Assembly (NCBI GenBank): GCA_965644295.1
Contig: CBFFRP010000089.1
Span: 76,359 to 140,358 of the forward strand
DNA: 64,000 bases
Reading direction: 5' to 3'
DNA from: Paraphysomonas bandaiensis
Taxonomy: Eukaryota; Protista; Chrysophyceae
Both the position numbers and the translations under genes were made by a program. The notes beneath the pieces were generated by a model. That model was not told where the DNA came from. It was given only the letters and a program-made list of their open reading frames with translations, and ran no database searches. This document shows, piece after piece, positions 1-10,383 of this stretch (its first letter is position 1; the number at the start of each line of letters is the position of its first letter).

Positions 1-771
1 AGGAGTAGTTCGAAATGTACATCGTCATTTAGGTGAAATGTTAAATCAAAATAAATAATTTTACACCTTCGTATATCACAGAGTTAAGAAACTAACATGA
101 ATATATCCTTCACTAGCTCTGATGTACTTGTTAAGTTAGGAGTCGGGAGTGCTGAGTTCTGCTATATGAGCGAGAAATGAGTGGTAGTAGAGACAACATG
201 AAATTGGTGAATGATAAGAGAGATACTGATTATAATTTATAATTCTCAGCATTGAGTATAAGTTTACCTTTCAGTTGTTAAGTTGGTACTTCTCATATTT
301 GATAGGGAGAAGTAGATTATCCCGAAAACTCTTATTTCAATGAGCCCACTCTCTCAATCTACAACTTTATGATTACGGCAGACATCTTTTACTCTCACAA
401 ATGTTACGCTCAAGTATCAATTATTGTACCTTTGTAAATTTGCGCAATGTAATGGATACATTGAATCCAGCGATGAAAGAGCAAAACTACTCATAAATGT
501 TAGTTTTCAACTTTGTGCTAATTCGAATATTGGGTTAGCTGTAGTCAAAGTAGTCAAGTAGCTAGTACTTATAATCTTATAGTACATTCAAAAGTCAAAA
601 ATGACTTCGTCAAGGTACTGGACATGGTGGTATTATCACCAAAGGGACTTATATGGAAATGAGAAACAACACCACAACTATTATTACCTACAGTATACTA
701 TGAACTGGATAAAGTAGACTCCTGCCACTACATGCACATATCATGACAAAGGAATTCCACGGACTCTACTT

Positions 772-1509
772 TCAATCCTTTAACTCTTTTCCCATGAATT
801 TCCTTTTCGAAAATGCCTACAAGATAAAATTTATAATGCAAACCTACATAGTGATAGCTTTCTACCTGCCACCACTTATTCTTAGACCCGTCGACGTCGA
901 AGAGGCGGTCCAGTAAGCGGTTGCCAAGTTCATCGCGTGCCTGCTTGAAGTACGCCCTGAAGTTTTCTAATCCATGCAACATATTATACACACACGAATC
1001 ACAAGAACTCATTAGTACCAGCTTCAGTTCTGTCAGCAGGAGCAGGAAAGAGTGTGCCCAGGGGCCATCCAGAGTCACCGGGAATTAAGAACTGTTTAAT
1101 GGCTAGGTTGTGGAGCTCCTTTGCAGCTGTAGCCCGGTCTTCAATCCTTTCGCACTTCACAAGGCATTGATGAATATACAAAGTGAGATAGATTAATGTT
1201 CTATCAGAAGGCCCGCGGACGTCAAAGTTTCTGAAGAAAACGTTTGCTCTGAAGAATTGCAAAGCTTCATCGATGATGTCATCCTCATCTTCTCGGAACA
1301 TGGTGTTACATTTAAATATAGGAGAAAAACTAATTTACCTGGAGGAGCAGACAGCGCGGGTCCGCGTATGTCCGTTTTTAGTGGACATAGCCCACAGGAG
1401 CAAGCCTCTGGCACAGAGCCTGGAGTATCTTCCCGACGAGAGTGATAAGCTGGCTGAACAAAGGTATCAGCGGCACTACATATTGCAACATTGTATAAGT
1501 ACATACCAT
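772..1509 (-). CDS. ARPC3: Arp2/3 complex subunit p21-Arc (spliced; first coding exon is only the ATG)
   Basis: ATG at 1509-1507, then GTATGT intron (1506-1454), then PAYHS. Motifs DIIDEALQFFRANVFFRNFD, DRTLIYLTLYI, IPGDSGWPL and KWWQ..FSKRKFMGKELKD* (stop 774-772). Confidence 0.95.
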
Positions 1510-2847
1510 TGCAATAATTCTTTTTCTGTGTGATGGAGGTTTACTGCGGAAGATATTAATATATTGGTGGGAGACTGTGCTGAGCAACACTGCGCGCTGT
1601 ATATATATGTACGCCATATGCGCACACATCATGCTGCTGTATGCTACACTGCATCCGTGGTATACCATGATGCTGTACTGGTAGGTTGTGTTTGTAGTGC
1701 TGTTGTATATGTAGGGTTGAGTGCAGAACAAAAAATACACCGTAGTTTGGCTGTATTTGATGCACTGCTGTACGTACCAGATGAATACAAGTGCACTGAA
1801 CCTTCCTTCGCACAGTATCTTGGCCATGATATTGATGATATTGTCAACACATCGTAGCAGAGCAAATACATTGTAAGTGCCTAGATATAACATTGTTCAC
1901 CACATTAGGGGTAAGGGAACGCAGCTGTACCAGATGGCTACAGGGTGGAATCATTGAGATTGCTCTGGCTTGACGTATTGTTCGACCAGGGGTGCTGCTG
2001 TTTGTGTATTCTCTTAAGTCGCTGCGTATCCCTTGAATCGGATAGTTGCTTTCCCTTTAATCAAACCAATTTATGAGAGCAGTAGTACTGAGTCTCTCTC
2101 TTTCCTCATGTGGCAGCCGGTGCTTTTCACAGTTTACATTCAGAATAGCCATTGCTTGGGTATTACTCGTTGCGTAGAACAAACGCTAGAATAAAGTTTA
2201 ACCAGTGTGTTTACGACTGCAATGTACTATTTGTACAGAACTAATGGTCCACTTTATTATTGTAATGGAAGATTCTATGTATACTCATCGAACACAACCT
2301 CATGAGGTACAATGTATTCGCAAGATAACTTACAGGTACTAAATTTACAATAATTCCCGGTAGCATACCGAGTTCCTATGTTCTCAGTAAAATAAATCAC
2401 TCCGAGTGAATGTTATTTTATAATTATCGTATGTGTGTTGACGAAATCGAACCAGCAACATTTATATTGTGCTTTCATACTAGCGGCGACACACATGTCT
2501 ATAAATCTATAAATAATAATATAATATTTATTATATTTTAACAGTTATCAATTGTTTCCTTCTATATTGAAACGGAGTACATGAGTGTGGCATGTCACAT
2601 ATTAAAAACAGATTTCATCGAATTTGCTTTTATTTGGTGCGATATCATCCTACCAACCACATTATTTTAAATTTATACTATTTTTCCATTTATCACATTG
2701 CGTCCAATGAGTTCATTGTTAATAACATTCCCATAACCTAAATGGTCTACGTAATCAACAGTTAAAAGGATTAGAAAGTTTTATGGTACGATTAGATGCA
2801 TGGCCAAGCATATAAGTATGAACGTATGAACCAGGGCTATGGAACAT

Positions 2848-3488
2848 ATATATATTGAAAGTGTTATTATATAGCAGTAGGCGTTAAAAACCTGCACCAA
2901 TGTAGTGGCTAGTTGAATGATAGACAGACTATTTAGACCTCTATCCATAACTAATCAGCACAAACTCTATTATCCTACTATTTAGCGCTACAGAAGCTAC
3001 TTGTGCATCGCCGCAAGCACCAAGGTGCAACCACTTCCGTTCTTAATGTTGATTGTGAGTTTTGCCATGATCGTGTGTCCCAGGACTCACTGGTGCGTGT
3101 TATCAGGGGGTCTTCCCTTGGGATCACAGGGCTTTGTGGTGGTATCGGGTTCTGTAGGAAGGTCCTGAGTGTACCGAGTGCTAGGTGTGTGGGCTGAGAG
3201 TTGGGTAGGGAGTTGAAATGTGAATGTGGCACTATCTCAGTGCACTGTTTAGGCCTCGAACATAGGTAGAGTTGCCGGAGACGGCGTCGTTGTCGAGGGA
3301 CGGAGGGTTTTTTGCAGGACGGTGATATGTTCCTGGGGGTATGATTGGTGGGTTTCGTGTGAGCGGTGGTCCAGTCTCGGGTCGTCTGCGGACTCCTAGT
3401 AATCGTAGCACCCTTGGGCTTTTCCATGACTGCCTACGTTTCTGATGCGGTCGCGGGAGTATCCGAGGGGGTCCGTATTGAGTATTAA
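2848..3488 (-). mobile_element. 5'-truncated longer member of the retroposon family (copy E); possible 3' end of the autonomous non-LTR partner
   Basis: 2850-3039 matches the 3' ~190 nt of the elements at 32018 and 57767. About 450 nt of different CA-rich sequence lies upstream. Imperfect flanking direct repeat CTATGGAACAT (2837-47) / CTATTGGACAT (3489-99). Confidence 0.65.
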
Positions 3489-3932
3489 CTATTGGACATT
3501 TAAAACATACATGACAACAACATGACAATATATGTTGTTCACGTCAACCACTACTCAGCTTTCGTATCTTGAATCGTCATGATACAGTACCCCACTTCAG
3601 TTTCACAATTATAGCTATATAGTATCTTTAACTACGTTTTACTGTTTTTCACATTATATTTAACGTATTCTACAATCTTAGAGAAACATACGTATTCCAA
3701 CAAAGCCCGGCATATTACTTTATCGCACTATATTAAATTTAACGCCGCATTGGATACTAATAAGGCATGTTAATGTTATATCGAACTTTGAATCAATATA
3801 TCACTCCATTTTATTAAACACGCAGACAGGTTACCTGACAAACTAAACAGTAGAGTTATCAGTGACTGGAATTTAAAGTCCCAGCAATTTCAGCGAAACT
3901 TCCGCTTTGATAAAAATTCACAAACATACACA

Positions 3933-4574
3933 CTATGACATATCTAACTTATAAAATGGTGATCCATAATAATCTCTCGTATCTTGATTGGAATCTTCAC
4001 GAGTTATGCCGTCAATACACACTCTGCTCTTCTTTGAAACACGGTAGCCAGGACTGTGGCTTTCCTTTTCGCGGTCCGTGATCTCATGCAAAGGCGGTGT
4101 GTTCATGCGCAACTTCGCCTCTCGAGATCTATCAAAAGTCATGTCTCGAAAATCCTTGACTACTCCATCAGTTATGCAAGGTGGTGTGTTGAAATTTGCT
4201 ATTGAATCAGGTGCGGGGGTTGTCACGGGAAATAAGTACGATTCGGAGAACAGATTCCTGTGAGTGGTAGCTTGGCACTTAGCAGAACGGAATAAATAGG
4301 AATTTTGAAATTGCCAACGCTCTCCAGACGACGTCATTAGATCAGCCAGCGAATCAACTCGAACTCTTTTCTGACACCCACCTGCAGATCTGTCCACACA
4401 AAGCGCGGCATCGTTATCTATCCCATTCTCAAAATTGTCGTTCAGTATTTTCGGAATGGGGTTCCCAGGTCGAGAGTTAGAATCATCTTCGTCATGCTCC
4501 ACCCATGGCTCCATCTCAAATGGTAAGTCATCATCGCTCTCATTTTCAGGATGCTGAATGGAGTTCCTGTACAT
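3933..4574 (-). CDS. hypothetical protein (~213 aa)
   Basis: Long intronless ORF with probable start MYRNSIQH at 4574; divergent from Sec1; no recognisable domain. Confidence 0.55.
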   Translation of the reverse strand: MYRNSIQHPENESDDDLPFEMEPWVEHDEDDSNSRPGNPIPKILNDNFENGIDNDAALCVDRSAGGCQKRVRVDSLADLMTSSGERWQFQNSYLFRSAKCQATTHRNLFSESYLFPVTTPAPDSIANFNTPPCITDGVVKDFRDMTFDRSREAKLRMNTPPLHEITDREKESHSPGYRVSKKSRVCIDGITREDSNQDTRDYYGSPFYKLDMS

Positions 4575-4792
4575 GGTCACCACCACACCTGCACAAAATG
4601 TTCTGGTTGAAATAATAGTGGGTGGGTGTGTAGTCGATGATGGTGGTAATGCTACACAGAGAATAAACATGCATTCCAAAGCGAATCTTGCTACCCACAG
4701 GATACATACAGTACGTATATCAGCGTGTATTCCTACGTGATCTCATGCAAGTACGCTCTGTATTCCCATATATACTTATGTATTATATGTAT

Positions 4793-4794
<2 letters not shown>

Positions 4795-4824
<30 letters not shown>

Positions 4825-5537
4825 TGTATGTATGTATGTATGTATGTATGTATGTATGTATGTATGTATGCATGCATGTATGTATGTATGTATGTATGTA
4901 TGTACGTATGTATGTATGTATGTATGTATGTATGTATGTATGTATGTATGTATGTATGTATGTATGTATGTATGTATGTATGTATGTATGTATGTATGTA
5001 TGTATGTATGTATGTATGTATGTATGTATGTATGTATGTATGTATGTTTGTATGTATGTATGTATGTATGTATGTATGTATGTATGTATGTATGTATGTA
5101 TGTATGTATGTATGTATGTATGTATGTATGTATGTATGTATGTATGTATGTATGTATGTATGTATGTATGTATGTATGTATGTATGTATGTATGTATGTA
5201 TGTATGTATGTATGTATGTATGTATGTATGTATGTATGTATGTATGTATGTATGTATGTATGTATGTATGTATGTATGTATGTATGTATGTATGTATGTA
5301 TGTATGTATGTATGTATGTATGTATGTATGTATGTATGTATGTATGTATGTATGTATGTATGTATGTATGTATGTATGTATGTATGTATGTATGTATGTA
5401 TGTATGTATGTATGTATGTATGTATGTATGTATGTATGTATGTATGTATGTATGTATGTATGTATGTATGTATGTATGTATGTATGTATGTATGTATGTA
5501 TGTATGTATGTATGTATGTATGTATGTATGTATGTAT
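4795..5537. repeat. (TATG)n microsatellite, ~740 bp, nearly perfect
   Basis: Directly visible; only a few variant units (CATG, TACG, TTTG). Confidence 0.99.
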
Positions 5538-5597
5538 CTTTTCCTTCCTTGAGAAGGTTATATATAATTATTAACTCAGTGTAATAGCGCTTCCGGT

Positions 5598-7600
5598 ATG
5601 AAGTCAGTGCGCGAAATTGTTCAGGGGCGGTTCATCGAAGATGTGATTGGAGCGGCAGCATGTAAGCCACCCTTGTATAATATGATGTCCTAATGCTGTA
5701 TGAAGCTAATGGATCGGGCTGGATGGTGCTGGTTATGGACGACGCTGCTACACGAGTGATATCATCAGTCCTTACCATGTACGATATAATGGAACAACGA
5801 GTCACGCTAGTGGAACAACTGAACAAAAATCGACAGCCCTTCAGGGAGATGGATGTCATCTATTTGGTGGATCCGACAGTTGCAGCTGCCAATAAAATAG
5901 CAGAGGACTTTCCTTCAGAGGCGAAGGCCAAATACGCTGGAGTTCACATATATTTTCTTGACGTGGTATGTGTAATATCAGGATAGCTGACTTCTTACTC
6001 TTAACTGAATAATTATTTATAGGCCAGTGATGAAGTGGTCATGGCCATTCAGGCTAATGGCGTCCTCTGCTCTAGAATTCGTACTTTCAAGGAATTGAAC
6101 CTTCACTTTGTCACTCCTGAACTGAATGTGTATCATTTTGACATGCCTTCCGCTCTGACCCGTCTCTACAGCGAGCCTGCGGATTCCACTTGTCCTATAG
6201 CGATTGCTGAAAAGCTCGCAACGCTGTGTATAACTTTGAACGAGTTTCCCTCAATTCGTTACCAGACATCTTCACCTACTGCTACTGAGATTGCTACGAC
6301 TGTAGTAAAGATCCTTACTGACTTCAAGAGAAATAATCCAAGTTTCTGGTGCCATGGAGAGGATGCCCACCAGGACAGAGAGCGGGGGCAGCTCCTTATT
6401 TTGGACAGGTCCTTTGACCCTATTTCACCCCTCATGCATGAGTACACGTATCAGGCAATGGTCAATGATCTTCTACCAGTCCGAGATGGTGTTATCTCCT
6501 ACAGCTCTGAAACTAATTCTGGTGCGAAAGTAGAGAAAGATGTTCTGCTAAATGAGTCCGATGAACTGTGGGTGGAGCTGAGACACCAGCATATCGCCAA
6601 AGTTATCGAAGTAATCAAAGAACGCATGAGTGATATCATAAACAATAATCCTGGCGCGGCGCTTGCTAAGAATTCTGGTAGCGATATGAGTATTACCACT
6701 ATGGCCGCGGCTGTAAAGGCCCTACCTGAGTACCGCGAAACCATGGCGAAACTTAGCCAGCATGTACACATCGCACAGCAATGCATGGACTGCTTTTCTC
6801 GTACCGGATTGATGGACATCAACCAGTTAGAGCAAACTATGTCTACGGGTGAGGATGAGGAGGGGAAAGAGGTCAAAGGCCAGAAGCTTTTGCAACTACT
6901 TATTGATACCCTAACGCTTCCGGATGTTTCAAAGCAAATCAAAATTCGCCTAATGGCGATATTTACGCTCTCCCAATTGTCGCGTGGCGGGGCGACTGCT
7001 GAGGATCGTAGACGCCTTATCCAGGCGGCTGGATTGACTGGCCCGGAGCAGCAAATTCTTCTCAATTGTGAGAAGTTAGGTGCTGTGCTTCAACAGTCCT
7101 CCCAGAGTCGGCAGTCAGCTGGTGGACTTATTGGCATATTCCGCGGCCGTGCTGCCCCTAAGCATGCAGCTACACCAGAAGGCGAGTATGCTGACAGCCG
7201 TCACAAGTGCCGCCTGAGAGCCCTGCTCGAGGGTCTACTGGACCCTGAGGCTGGAGGGGACGCCCTACCAGCCGACCAGTTTGGTACAATGGGTCCCGCT
7301 GTCAGCAGCGCCGCCCCCGTGGCTAAAAGCGTTCGCAAGTACGGAAACAATTCGAGGTTCGGTAAAAATGCCAATCGAAGTATGTTCCAGTCTGCGCGGT
7401 ATATGGTATGCATTGCCGGTGGCGTGTCTCATAGTGAACTGCGCACGGCCCATGACCTTATGATGCAGCATAGCAAAGAGGTGGTCGTTGGGGGCAGTCA
7501 TATCATCAGTCCCAACGCATTCCTTGCAGATATCGCTTCTTTGAGTCCACGATCTGCAGATGCTGCATCACTTTTTGAGCTCTCCCCTGGAAAATTATAA
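5598..7600 (+). CDS. SEC1: Sec1/Munc18 (SM) protein, exocytic type
   Basis: Exons 5598-5661, 5706-5965 and 6023-7600 join in frame. Motifs W.VLVMD, VTLVEQL.K.RQP, LLILDRSFDPISPLMHEYTYQAMVNDLL, DELWVELRHQHIA and IAGGVSHSELR. Confidence 0.95.
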
Positions 7601-8056
7601 GGTTTGCTCCTTAAGCAGCTCTGTTCGGATGCATGCCACGATTACTGGTCTAAATCGTAATAGCGATTAGTATTGATGTTGTGATACCTGTAGTATCTCG
7701 TATCCTATGTTTTTCTATCACCGTCATGATTTGGCTGCTAATTTTATGATGCTAAAGAGCTATGAGTTGTGTTTTATAGTGTTATTGTTTTGAGGAAACC
7801 ACTGGGTGTGATTTCGTGCATTATAGCAAAGTATCATTCTTATATACTCGAAATTTGAAGTTAGGGGTACGACTCAATGATCAGGTAACGGCTAATAGCT
7901 TTTATTAAAAAGTAGTTTCTATTCATTCATAAGGTGGAAGTATTTTCAATGTGTCAGTTGAATTGATGGCAAGGCAGTATTTGCTGATACACTTGTAGTT
8001 TTAAGACAGCAAAGTACGTTCTGCTGCAGCTTTATTCGTGAGTGGTATGCAGTATT

Positions 8057-8122
8057 CAGGGCTGCGTAACAATTAATTGCAATTAAATTGCAAAAAATTC
8101 AATTAATTGTTACGCAGCCCTG
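8057..8122. mobile_element. 66-bp hAT-type MITE
   Basis: Perfect 23-bp TIRs CAGGGCTGCGTAACAATTAATTG; perfect 8-bp TSD GCAGTATT (8049-56, 8123-30). Confidence 0.92.
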
Positions 8123-8169
8123 GCAGTATTGCTACGGCATGTAAAATGGGGAGGAGGTGAATGCCTCGC

Positions 8170-8293
8170 AGTAGTGAATGTCTGATTATTAGAAATGTAG
8201 CAAACGTTAGTTTCCCGAAGAAACATCTCCGGTACTTATCCCCCAGAACACCACGAAAAAGGTGCGAGTCCGACTTTGTTCTCTGATGAGGGC
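8170..8293 (-). mobile_element. 124-bp mini-retroposon (copy C): ribozyme-like 5' domain fused to the 3' tail
   Basis: Reverse complement reads CCCTCA..AGAACAAAGTCGGACTCGCACC..CTAACG joined to TTTGCTACATTTCTAATAATCAGACATTCACTA. TSD GAATGCCTCGC at 8159-69 and 8294-8304. Confidence 0.85.
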
Positions 8294-8809
8294 GAATGCC
8301 TCGCTACGTTTTTATTTCTTTTCAATTAATTTCACTCAATATTGACTTTTTCTTATTTTATTACATAGATCGTTGAAGAAAAGCTAAGTCGTCAGACTAG
8401 ATAGATTAGTATTGTGTCCACAATGTTTTCATTTCGCATAAAGGTCGTCATCAACATAATCTTAGCTAATCCAACATTAAATAATGATAATTTGAGTACA
8501 TTATTATGACTATTATAACTATATATATATGATAAAATTACTATATGTATACGTTTGGATTTCTTTTTGTACGAGACTGTTAATAAACTCAGTCCCTAGT
8601 AGCTACACATATATCAGCTAAGATACATTCTGCTATCGTATCTACTTTACTTTTTCTTACTATTTTTGGACATCTGCTCCCCGGTTAATGGTTCTTTGAG
8701 GAGTAAGTTATTACATGTATACCCCTCTTTCACTTATGTACCATGTTGGTAGTATTAATTCAGTGAAGTTGTTGTACTTGGTGTAAGTTTCTAAATGTTT
8801 TTTACTTAT

Positions 8810-8905
8810 ATTGTCGCTATTATTATGCGACTCACGTTAGTGTCCCGTAGAATTATCTCCGGTACTTCTCTTCCAGAACACCACGAAAAGGTGCGAGTCT
8901 GAGGG
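8810..8905 (-). mobile_element. second mini-copy (D) of the ribozyme-bearing retroposon
   Basis: Reverse complement: CCCTCAGACTCGC ACC TTTTCGT GGT GTTCT GG..CCGGAGATAATTCTACGG..CTAAC GTGAGTC, then a tail-like ATAATAGCGACAATA. Confidence 0.75.
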
Positions 8906-9351
8906 AGTTTAAATATTATTTTTAATTATCCACGAAATGGATTAATTTTTACATAGAACCCTTTAAATAATAATTAAAATGGGTAGCGAGGCATTCCCCT
9001 TATCCCATTTCTTTGGTATAATATAGGGATACTACGTTGTAACCGCAATGTTTCAATAGAGCGAGCCCAATAGAATTATAGTTTGATCGCATTATGTCTC
9101 GTATATTATGTAAATGGCGCAACCGTTGAATATTGCATATAAGAATGCCTGATTATTACATGAGAACGGTCGTGTACAGAAACTACGTTGAATTGCAATT
9201 AATTGACGTATAGAGATAGATGTTAATGTAACATTAGCATGTACGTAACACTGGTATATTATACGTATAATATATATACATAACACGCACATGAGACATA
9301 GTGTACAACAAATGAAACCAATACGTAGTTGTGAAGGGTGAACATAGTTAC

Positions 9352-10068
9352 GAGGGATGCGTATCAATTAATTGTCAATTATAATTGCAATTACTACTTG
9401 TCTCAATTTCAATTATTACAATATTATATTAACTAAAAACTACGTTACCTGTCAATAGAGCTACTCCAACAACTGTCATTTCATTTCAGAGGCAACGGTG
9501 CATGCTAATCAGTCATAACAATCTTAGCTCTACTGAAAACCTTTCCACAAAAGAAAAAGAAACCAGTGATACGCTTGCGGTGAAATACGCTCACCATATT
9601 TATCCATCGCACCACCACATAGCTGGGCAGTAAAAACTATATCTTTTCATCCATCGTGTTTGATGGCATACTGCAACAGCTTGCTCCACCCATAACCCTT
9701 CTTTCGCTTCAGAATACTTTTCAGAACACTCTATATTATCATTTATTTTCTCAAACAACACTTGTGCGATGACTTCTGGTACCAGTTTATCGCTCATATC
9801 ACCAATTAATTAAATGAATAATAATAAGTAAGATAATCCTATAGATATTATAGTCTTTCATCAATCGTCGAATTTATTGTAAGAATTGGATTTTCGAAAT
9901 AAAAATGCCGTTTATAACAACTTTCAGTGTAAAATATGGCATTTTTTATCAATTAATTGCAATTAATTGACAATTAACTGATGCAAGCTGGAGTCAATAT
10001 AATTGCAAGTATCCCAAGTTCAATCACTGCAATTTCAATAATTGACAATTAATTGATACGCAGCCCTG
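9352..10068. mobile_element. 717-bp non-autonomous hAT element, same TIR family as 8057-8122
   Basis: Ends GAGGGATGCGTATCAATTAATTG and CAATTAATTGATACGCAGCCCTG; TSD ATAGTTAC/ATAGTTAT; subterminal CAATTAATTG motifs. Confidence 0.85.
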
Positions 10069-10383
10069 ATAGTTATAAAGGAAGTATATTCATGAATATG
10101 TCATGAATTGTTAAATTAATAATTATTATAATTATTCTCTGTTGAAAGTAGGTTGTGTGCAACAAAGCAAGCTGTTTAAGGCTTACTTTGGGATATATTT
10201 AACGTTCAATTCCAACAGTCGTTATGTAAAGAGAAAGCTCTATTGATTCTCATTTGATGCCCTCTCATAGACATATTGATTACACATAGAAACAAAACTA
10301 CTATTGAAAGCCTAATTTACGCAGGTTAAAAACTTAGTGCATCTTTACAACGTACAATTCCACGAAATATAAGTACTTTCTCC

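Larger units (their letters stand above)
8144..9010. mobile_element. TIR-bounded non-autonomous element hosting two mini-retroposons
   Basis: After removing the 8170-8293 insertion, the left end GGGAGGAGGTGAATGCCTCGCTAC matches the reverse complement of the right end GGGATAAGGGGAATGCCTCGCTAC (3 mismatches). Confidence 0.55.

Noticed and set aside
1900-2200. Possible ncRNA divergent from ARPC3 (weak U17/snR30-like words)
   Set aside because: The motifs are partial and I found no convincing hairpin or ACA box.
4688-5584. Three long MYVC-repeat ORFs
   Set aside because: They are an artefact of the stop-free (TATG)n microsatellite.
8283-8310. CTGATGAG plus a small stem, resembling a hammerhead core
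   Set aside because: No GAAA follows stem II, and the sequence is the junction of retroposon copy C with its TSD.
9600-9797. ORF with TRW inside the hAT element as a transposase remnant
   Set aside because: One tripeptide is insufficient evidence.
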